A DNA stretch of 64,000 nucleotides from a virus. Taxonomy: Duplodnaviria; Caudoviricetes. Location of the stretch: the IMG/VR virus record IMGVR_UViG_3300033073_001045, positions 32,001-96,000 of that record; one strand, 5' to 3'. Below the pieces are notes generated by a model. That model was not told the origin of the DNA and did no database searches. It worked only from the letters and a program-made list of their open reading frames with translations. A program made the translations under genes and the position numbers. Positions within the stretch are counted from its first letter, which is position 1. Each line of letters opens with the position of its first letter. Below, piece by piece: positions 58,779 through 64,000 of this stretch.

Positions 58779-59462
58779 TTCCTCGCCATTCCAGATATTT
58801 ATATCCTTACAGACATAGTCCGAACGTTCCTCAATTATATAAAATTGATCTTTAATTTGCTCTCGTTCATCTTTCCAGATAAACCAGCAAAATAACATAT
58901 CTAAATGAGTGCCTTTTGGCATATATCCATCTCGCCAATGTATTTGCTGACTTCCAGACATAACTATAGCTTCATTATCAGTCAACTGAAATTTTTCATA
59001 TTCTACTACTATGGGCCAATCAACATCATGTTTTAATTGAAGATCAATTACAACTGATTGTGGCCTATATGTGCCTTCATGACTTTTCACTCCACGCTCA
59101 TCAGCAATTCTTTTTTGTCTTGGAGATCCTTTTCTTGGATAATCAGCGTGTGGTACAAGTTTAGACTTTAGGCCATAATCGGTTGAGTACTTTGCAAATG
59201 CTGCTTCATGAAATTCTAATCCAGGTAAATATTTTTCAACGGCGGCAGAGACTTGAGATATTACTATATCAGGCATAGATATATGCCATGCTCTACATCC
59301 CCAAGGTTTTAATCTGAAATGAGATTTATATTTATCTATATGTGCATATAGTTCGTCTATAGCTTCTTTGGTGAGAACTTCTTTAATTGTGAATACTTTA
59401 AAATCTTCACCAGGTATTGGTTTTCCCGCTTTTAATTTAAGATATCCTTCTGGAGCACTCAT
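58728..59462 (-). CDS. 2OG-Fe(II) oxygenase-like protein
   Basis: KY......L.PHAD...DLQL....DWPI.VE...G....HWR. Confidence 0.7.
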   Translation of the reverse strand: MSAPEGYLKLKAGKPIPGEDFKVFTIKEVLTKEAIDELYAHIDKYKSHFRLKPWGCRAWHISMPDIVISQVSAAVEKYLPGLEFHEAAFAKYSTDYGLKSKLVPHADYPRKGSPRQKRIADERGVKSHEGTYRPQSVVIDLQLKHDVDWPIVVEYEKFQLTDNEAIVMSGSQQIHWRDGYMPKGTHLDMLFCWFIWKDEREQIKDQFYIIEERSDYVCKDINIWNGEELLDSKETLYEHKKPKF

Positions 59463-59725
59463 ATATTGGCTTGAATTTCGTATTTTTTATTTTCAGTCAA
59501 CTGGAATAATATGTTCATTAATTTAGCACAATCGTCATGTCTCCACCACATATCGCAATATCCGTCAGATACATTTAAGCACTTGGATAGCTGATCATCA
59601 AGATACTCATTTACATAGCCTAGACAGCTTCTAGCGACCTTTTGGTAGTCAGTTGGATAGTTACTGTATGCCGACGTAGATTTCATCTCAGAAACCATCT
59701 GAGCAATTATTTTAGCTCTTACCAT
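59459..59725 (-). CDS. hypothetical Cys-containing protein
   Basis: 88 aa, coupled to the next gene. Confidence 0.65.
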   Translation of the reverse strand: MVRAKIIAQMVSEMKSTSAYSNYPTDYQKVARSCLGYVNEYLDDQLSKCLNVSDGYCDMWWRHDDCAKLMNILFQLTENKKYEIQANI

Positions 59726-59740
59726 TGTGTGCCTAACTTT

Positions 59741-59854
59741 TTAAGATATAAGACCCATTTGTAAATGGTCTTTACAGACAGCAACCATTGCATAGTCTAT
59801 AGCGTCAGTATATAGCGCTTCTTTATCGCAATAATAACATTTTTCTTTTTCCAT
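59741..59854 (-). CDS. small Zn-finger protein, 37 aa
   Basis: MEKEKCYYCDKEA...VCKDH; ATGGTATAAT 9 nt upstream. Confidence 0.6.
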   Translation of the reverse strand: MEKEKCYYCDKEALYTDAIDYAMVAVCKDHLQMGLIS

Positions 59855-59875
59855 AGTTAAATAATTATACCATTG

Positions 59876-59950
59876 TAGGGATATTGGGATTTGAACCCAA
59901 AGTCGATTGTATATAAGACAATTGCTTTAACCAGATTAAGCTATATCCCC
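59876..59950 (-). tRNA. tRNA-Ile, anticodon UAU
   Basis: GGGGATA acceptor stem, D arm GCTT..AAGC, anticodon arm ATTGT-CTTATAT-ACAAT, T arm TTGGG-TTCAAAT-CCCAA; CCA not encoded. Confidence 0.9.
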
Positions 59951-59956
59951 TTGGGA

Positions 59957-60070
59957 TTAGCGTATTCGATCTGTTATTTTTTTAATGCATTCTACGCAAA
60001 AATTTTCTAAGGTCCCCCTCGAATTTAATCTTTCTACGTATTTAGGATTATCACAAAAATTGCATTTCAT
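59957..60070 (-). CDS. small Zn-finger protein, 37 aa
   Basis: MKCNFC...FCVEC. Confidence 0.55.
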   Translation of the reverse strand: MKCNFCDNPKYVERLNSRGTLENFCVECIKKITDRIR

Positions 60071-60147
60071 AGTGTGATCAATACAAGGACATACCACGCA
60101 ACTAAAATAATACCTAGAGTTGTTAAAAACTGCCGTCCTTTATCCAT
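60067..60147 (-). CDS. 26-aa membrane peptide, leaderless
   Basis: MDKGRQFLTTLGIILVAWYVLVLITL; TATACT 6 nt upstream; ATGA coupling to the next ORF. Confidence 0.45.
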   Translation of the reverse strand: MDKGRQFLTTLGIILVAWYVLVLITL

Positions 60148-60282
60148 ACAGTAAGTATACTATATATTCTAGTCAACTACAATATCAGATTTTACAAAAA
60201 TGTTAATATTTTTTTTTCTTGTATGATACATACATTTAGCAATGTCCGATTTGTCCGATAGTCCGCACATATTAGGGCTATT

Positions 60283-60298
60283 TGTGATGTATCTCACA
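60283..60298. promoter_or_regulatory. CRP/GlxR-type box (others at 60534, 61037, 61191, 62533, 62550, 63606)
   Basis: TGTGA-N6-TCACA; four perfect copies and three with one mismatch. Confidence 0.75.
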
Positions 60299-60346
60299 AA
60301 GTATTTTTTCAATATGTCCCTAATGTCCGTTTTGCGAGTTGATATT

Positions 60347-60368
60347 TGTCAGACCCCTCTGATAGTCT
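60347..60368 (+). promoter_or_regulatory. PafBC/RecA-NDp-type promoter P1
   Basis: TGTCAG-N10-TAGTCT. Confidence 0.7.
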
Positions 60369-60401
60369 TAAGACATAAGGTTAAAGAAAGGAGATAAGCA
60401 A

Positions 60402-60560
60402 ATGCTTACTCAAACTACACTAGACAAGATAGTCTATGAATATCAACACGGTGGTGTTAAGTCTAACCACCCTGAATTAACTACCCGTGAGCGTAAGGCT
60501 CTTCTGAAGTATCTCTTCAGCCTACCTGCTCATTGTGATACATGTCACACACACGCATAA
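60402..60560 (+). CDS. small early protein, 52 aa
   Basis: AAAGGAG RBS; MLTQTTLDKIVYEYQHGG... Confidence 0.7.
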   Translation: MLTQTTLDKIVYEYQHGGVKSNHPELTTRERKALLKYLFSLPAHCDTCHTHA

Positions 60561-60577
60561 GCGTGTCGTGTTGATAA

Positions 60578-60599
60578 TGTCCCCTCTATACGCTACAAT
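60578..60599 (+). promoter_or_regulatory. degenerate PafBC-type promoter P2
   Basis: TGTCCC-N10-TACAAT. Confidence 0.5.
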
Positions 60600-60635
60600 T
60601 TCAGACATAAAGAACTAACGAAAGAAGAACAATAA

Positions 60636-60788
60636 ATGACAATCACTTACTCAATATGGGATGGCTCTCAACTACTAGGTGTAGATTTCAAGGCTTCCTC
60701 CCCTGATGAAATGAACACTTTTGTAAAAGAACTACAAAAGGTTTCTAAAAATGTTGTAGCACATATGCGAAAGGTAGAACAGAACTAA
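60636..60788 (+). CDS. small early protein, 50 aa
   Basis: MTITYSIWDGSQLLG... Confidence 0.65.
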   Translation: MTITYSIWDGSQLLGVDFKASSPDEMNTFVKELQKVSKNVVAHMRKVEQN

Positions 60789-60928
60789 TGATGACTAAAT
60801 GGGATACAATTCAATCAGACCTAGACCCAGTAACACCTAAGTATTGGGGAGATGAACACGAATTTGATAAGTCAATAGATGATGATGACGATATTGAATT
60901 CTCACTAGATAATTGGGAGGAGATGTAA
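60788..60928 (+). CDS. small acidic protein, 46 aa
   Basis: MMTKWDTIQSD...DDDDDIEF; TAATG coupling. Confidence 0.6.
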   Translation: MMTKWDTIQSDLDPVTPKYWGDEHEFDKSIDDDDDIEFSLDNWEEM

Positions 60929-61056
60929 TGACTACTAATCGCCTACTAACTACCGCCGTTCAATTAGGCATAGGTATCCCTGCGCTATATATGGCGAGGA
61001 TCGTATTCCGTGATTTCGTAGCGGAGATGCGTGAAATGTGGCACGAATCACAATAA
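60928..61056 (+). CDS. small protein, 42 aa
   Basis: MTTNRLLTTAVQLGIGIPAL...; GGAGG RBS, TAATG coupling. Confidence 0.6.
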   Translation: MTTNRLLTTAVQLGIGIPALYMARIVFRDFVAEMREMWHESQ

Positions 61057-61255
61057 AATAACGGCGTGTCGGCTTGACAAAATCAAGCTGGCCCGCAAAG
61101 GCACGGGGTCGGGCGTGTCGTTATGAAAGAGTTATAAAAACCCTGAAAATTTACGGCGTGTCGATTTGACAGACAATTCGGACATTTTTATGTGATGAGT
61201 ATCACACGACTTGAGCGTCTCAAAGTTTGGAATTACTGGCTAGTAATGTGAAAAA

Positions 61256-61277
61256 TGTCAGTGGCTTAGGCTATAAT
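61256..61277 (+). promoter_or_regulatory. PafBC/RecA-NDp-type promoter P3
   Basis: TGTCAGTG-N8-TATAAT. Confidence 0.8.
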
Positions 61278-61311
61278 TGCAGACATAACAACGAAAGAAA
61301 GAAGGTCTTAA

Positions 61312-61428
61312 ATGAACCTAGAAGAATTCAAGGCTCACGTTATCGCACAACGTGAAGCAAGCAAGGCGGAAGCGTTGTCAGTGCTATCTGCTACAATTAC
61401 CAAAACAACAAAGAAAGGCGACAACTAA
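61312..61428 (+). CDS. small protein, 38 aa
   Basis: MNLEEFKAHVIAQREASKAEALSVLSATI... Confidence 0.6.
   Translation: MNLEEFKAHVIAQREASKAEALSVLSATITKTTKKGDN
61376..61397 (+). promoter_or_regulatory. PafBC/RecA-NDp-type promoter P4 (intragenic)
   Basis: tTGTCAGTG-N8-TACAAT. Confidence 0.75.
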
Positions 61429-61628
61429 TGTCAGCAAATGTCTATAATGTAGAAAGTCTCCTAGTGGGAAAAATGTATTACTCTAATTCAGTAAAAGGCG
61501 AGATTATCTCAGCCGAAAAAAATAGTGATGTATGGTATGCGGATTGCGATACCTACAAGGTGCAGGTTCGCCCTACCAATTCTATCAAAGATACTTACCG
61601 CTATGTAGCAGTAAAGGTTGGTGAGTAA
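61428..61628 (+). CDS. hypothetical protein
   Basis: 66 aa; GAAAGG RBS. Confidence 0.7.
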   Translation: MSANVYNVESLLVGKMYYSNSVKGEIISAEKNSDVWYADCDTYKVQVRPTNSIKDTYRYVAVKVGE

Positions 61629-61772
61629 ATGGGATTTATTGAATTCGCTAGAATAAATGAAGATGGAGTTTCTTGGGTAGATTTATCCGAAGCGACACCT
61701 GATGAATTATTCAACATTGAATTAGGCTTACTAAATGAGGGAGCCCTATTCAATACACCTGAAGCCAAATAA
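61629..61772 (+). CDS. small acidic protein, 47 aa
   Basis: MGFIEFARINEDGVSWVDL... Confidence 0.6.
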   Translation: MGFIEFARINEDGVSWVDLSEATPDELFNIELGLLNEGALFNTPEAK

Positions 61773-61787
61773 GAAAGGAAAACTAAA

Positions 61788-61922
61788 ATGGTAAAAGATG
61801 TAAAAGAAATAATTGCCGTTTCTTGTGATGAGTGTGGCGGTGCAGGTTTCCTATTTTGGGGAGATGAAAATAACTATGATGTAGAAGCGTGTGATTGCGC
61901 TCTTGATGATTGGAACATTTAA
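61788..61922 (+). CDS. small Zn-finger protein, 44 aa
   Basis: CDECGGAG...CDC; GAAAGG RBS. Confidence 0.65.
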   Translation: MVKDVKEIIAVSCDECGGAGFLFWGDENNYDVEACDCALDDWNI

Positions 61923-62131
61923 TGTATAAAATAACTTTATCTTATGACGGCAACGCTCCGCATTGGCAAAAAGACTATGACAACGAATTTGAGGCTTGGA
62001 AAGATTTCTTTGCTTTCGTTGATTGGGGTTTCGCTAACGAATACTCAACTGTAAATCTTTATAATTCAGAATTGAAATGCTTTACCCGTCATTTCTATCG
62101 TGAGGGAAGAAAGGTCGTAACTGTAAAATGA
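61922..62131 (+). CDS. hypothetical protein
   Basis: Start ATG 61922 (TAATG coupling); F.DWGFANEYSTVNL. Confidence 0.7.
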   Translation: MYKITLSYDGNAPHWQKDYDNEFEAWKDFFAFVDWGFANEYSTVNLYNSELKCFTRHFYREGRKVVTVK

Positions 62132-62316
62132 TGACACGCAAAGATTATATTTCTACTGCAGAAATTCTAAAGTATGTGAGCAACAAAACTCACCCAGCCG
62201 TATTTTCTAAAATGGTAAATGATTTTGCAGAGATGTTTGCAAAAGATAATCCTCGTTTTGATGTAACAAAGTTTCACGAAGCAAGCGGATATAAAGTAAA
62301 AACTTTTACAAATTAA
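62128..62316 (+). CDS. hypothetical phage protein
   Basis: MTRKDY...F..DNPRFD..KF..A. Confidence 0.7.
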   Translation: MMTRKDYISTAEILKYVSNKTHPAVFSKMVNDFAEMFAKDNPRFDVTKFHEASGYKVKTFTN

Positions 62317-62334
62317 AAAGAAAAGGAACAGAAA

Positions 62335-62490
62335 ATGACAAAAGAAAAAGTAAAACGTGTTCAAGAATTGCGCCGATCAAATGCAGCAACACCAATTCCA
62401 TCTAAGAAAAAATATAAACGTAAAGTAAAACACAAAAAAGAAAAATATTTAAAAACTTATTGCGAATTGGTAGCTCCATTTTTTGAATAG
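62335..62490 (+). CDS. small very basic protein, 51 aa
   Basis: ELRRSNAATPIPSKKKYKRKVKH; AAAGG RBS. Confidence 0.6.
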   Translation: MTKEKVKRVQELRRSNAATPIPSKKKYKRKVKHKKEKYLKTYCELVAPFFE

Positions 62491-62591
62491 TTGAATTTTC
62501 AACTATTCGCCCGCAAAAGCGTGGGGGCTATATGTGATTTAAGACACAATGTGATTTTCCCCACAAAATTTACGGCGTGTCGTTTTGTAAA

Positions 62592-62613
62592 TGTCAGTCT
62601 ATTCTGTTATAAT
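62592..62613 (+). promoter_or_regulatory. PafBC/RecA-NDp-type promoter P5
   Basis: TGTCAG-N10-TATAAT. Confidence 0.75.
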
Positions 62614-62642
62614 TCTATCACCAACCAACGAAAGGCCAATTC

Positions 62643-63362
62643 ATGAAACTAAAAAGGTCTAATGATAGAAAGGTGGCTAACCTTGTCACTAAAAATGGAA
62701 AGCAGGCAGCAATTGCTAACACGTTCGGATTGCCCGCAGGAAAAAACTATTCATGTCCTGGCGCAACGTCTATCTGTGAGACTGTTTGCTACGCTGGCAA
62801 ATTGGAAAAGTTATTCCCAGGAGTAAAAACTAATCTTCTGCATAACTGGGATCTTCTTAAAGACGCAGATAGCAAAACGATGATTTCTCTTCTTGATGAA
62901 ATGATTAAAGAATTCAAGGCTGATTGTCTTAAGAAAGACGCCCCTATGTTATTCCGTATTCACTGGGACGGAGATTTTTTTAGCGACGCTTATGCATATG
63001 CATGGAAAAACGTTATCTCTAGTCATGAAGATGTTCAATTCTGGGTATATACACGTGTAAAGTCTGCAGCGCTTATTCTTAAGGATGTATCTAATCTTTC
63101 ACTGTACTATTCAACGGATGATGAGAATAAAGAAATTGCATTCGATTTAAAAACTAATTCTAAGGTCCGCCTTGCTTACCTAGGCAAGACATTCGCCTCA
63201 ACCGAAGACACAATGAAAGAATTAACTGGAAAGCCTGGCGCTAAGTGCCCTGAAAATAATAAAAGCATTCCATTAATTTCTGGCAATGGGTCCGCCTGTG
63301 TTTCATGTGGCTTGTGTGTCTACGGTAAAGCAGACATTCGATTTTCTGCGAGTAAAAAATGA
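62643..63362 (+). CDS. Gp88-like Cys-rich protein (radical-SAM-like Fe-S)
   Basis: FGLPAG...SCPGATSICETVCYA, RIHWDGDF, FWVYTR, and terminal CP...C.SC.LC. Confidence 0.75.
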   Translation: MKLKRSNDRKVANLVTKNGKQAAIANTFGLPAGKNYSCPGATSICETVCYAGKLEKLFPGVKTNLLHNWDLLKDADSKTMISLLDEMIKEFKADCLKKDAPMLFRIHWDGDFFSDAYAYAWKNVISSHEDVQFWVYTRVKSAALILKDVSNLSLYYSTDDENKEIAFDLKTNSKVRLAYLGKTFASTEDTMKELTGKPGAKCPENNKSIPLISGNGSACVSCGLCVYGKADIRFSASKK

Positions 63363-63514
63363 GCTCAACCGATTTTTTAGGAGCTGTGATTGGAATCATT
63401 CTTATTTTATTTTTATGCTCTCCGATTGTACTAGCTATATATATGTGGACCAATGCAAAAATAGATATCGATAAAGACGGCAAGGATGATCTTCCTAATC
63501 GTTGGGATGGGTAA
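63359..63514 (+). CDS. small membrane protein with DxDxDG loop, 51 aa
   Basis: Hydrophobic helix then DIDKDGKDD; ATGA coupling. Confidence 0.6.
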   Translation: MSSTDFLGAVIGIILILFLCSPIVLAIYMWTNAKIDIDKDGKDDLPNRWDG

Positions 63515-63562
63515 CGGCGTGTCGTGTTGACAATTGTCAGCACGGCCCGTATATGTAGGGGG

Positions 63563-63594
63563 TTTTCCACAGGCTTACGGATAATTGTGGATAA
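63563..63594. promoter_or_regulatory. DnaA-box pair
   Basis: TTTTCCACA (63563-71, 1 mismatch) and TGTGGATAA (63586-94, perfect reverse TTATCCACA). Confidence 0.55.
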
Positions 63595-63654
63595 CCCTGG
63601 ATTTTTGTGATGATTATCACAAAAGCTGCGACACGCCGATAATGGATTAGGAAA

Positions 63655-63676
63655 TGTCGGTGGCTTAGGCTATAAT
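63655..63676 (+). promoter_or_regulatory. PafBC/RecA-NDp-type promoter P6
   Basis: TGTCGG-N10-TATAAT, exact consensus; spacer identical to P3. Confidence 0.8.
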
Positions 63677-63705
63677 ACTATTATTCAACCAACGAAAGGT
63701 AAAAA

Positions 63706-64000
63706 ATGCTAAAAGAAAAAATCACAGTAGGCGAAGCCATAACACTTATTCATGATTCACTTATGACCTTTGAAGATGGTCTGCCAAGTGCAGATATTTC
63801 TGCAATTATTTATGCAATTAACAATGATATTCAGATTCGTGATTACTTGCTAGGACTTCCTGATACTTTCCCTATGGATACTTGCAAGGCATTCTTATCT
63901 TATATCTCTGATTCAGTAGATGGTGCAGAACGCTACTCAGTAGATACTATTGCTTCTGCATATTTCTTTGAAACTGGCGATATTGAAATGGCAGTAATGC
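63706..64000 (+). CDS. hypothetical protein (partial; possibly DUF4192-like)
   Basis: GAAAGG RBS; open to the window end; DIQIRDYLLG. Confidence 0.6.
   Translation, partial: MLKEKITVGEAITLIHDSLMTFEDGLPSADISAIIYAINNDIQIRDYLLGLPDTFPMDTCKAFLSYISDSVDGAERYSVDTIASAYFFETGDIEMAVM

Noticed and set aside
63535-63556. TGTCAG at 63535 (and 61429) as further PafBC-type promoters
   Set aside because: There is no TANNNT at the required 10-nt spacing.
1-64000. Prophage status or alternative genetic code
   Set aside because: No integrase, att site or host genes are seen, and long ORFs are intact in the standard code with all three stop codons in use.

Overview
This is a 64-kb segment of a large, AT-rich tailed phage (siphovirus-type) genome, read in the standard genetic code. 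No integrase or terminase is visible. The host is inferred to be an actinobacterium, from its promoter motifs, leaderless genes and PASTA-like domains. Layout: (1) 1-2.3 kb: replication/regulatory genes (helicase start, HTH, Zn-fingers, metallophosphoesterase). (2) 2.3-28.3 kb, minus strand: head-tail module (portal, protease/scaffold, major capsid, adaptors, major tail, tail chaperone with a -1 frameshift, 2715-aa tape measure, minor tail proteins). (3) 28.4-51.1 kb: many fibre/decoration proteins, interrupted by an 11-gene block of putative tailoring enzymes (SDR, several 2OG-Fe(II) oxygenases, GT60-like glycosyltransferase). (4) 51.2-60.1 kb: holin-like gene, class II ribonucleotide reductase, lytic transglycosylase, a second tailoring block (cytochrome P450, two sulfotransferase-like genes, oxygenases) and tRNA-Ile(UAU). 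(5) 60.2-64 kb: small, probably early genes behind repeated regulatory cassettes. Main candidates for novelty: (a) two otherwise different virion-type proteins share a C-terminal module of (PFGFT)n repeats, a Ser-initiated Hint domain ending His-Asp/Ser, and a conserved helix; one copy heads the tailoring block, suggesting a Hedgehog-like or RiPP-like protein modification system. (b) The right-end promoters match the actinobacterial PafBC/RecA-NDp DNA-damage motif (TGTCRG-N10-TANNNT) and are combined with CRP-, WhiA- and DnaA-type boxes. (c) A kinase-like domain sits inside the tape measure protein. (d) A promoter-terminator-bounded small RNA carries a mimic of the 16S rRNA anti-Shine-Dalgarno end. 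All product calls come from motif recognition by eye; no searches were run.
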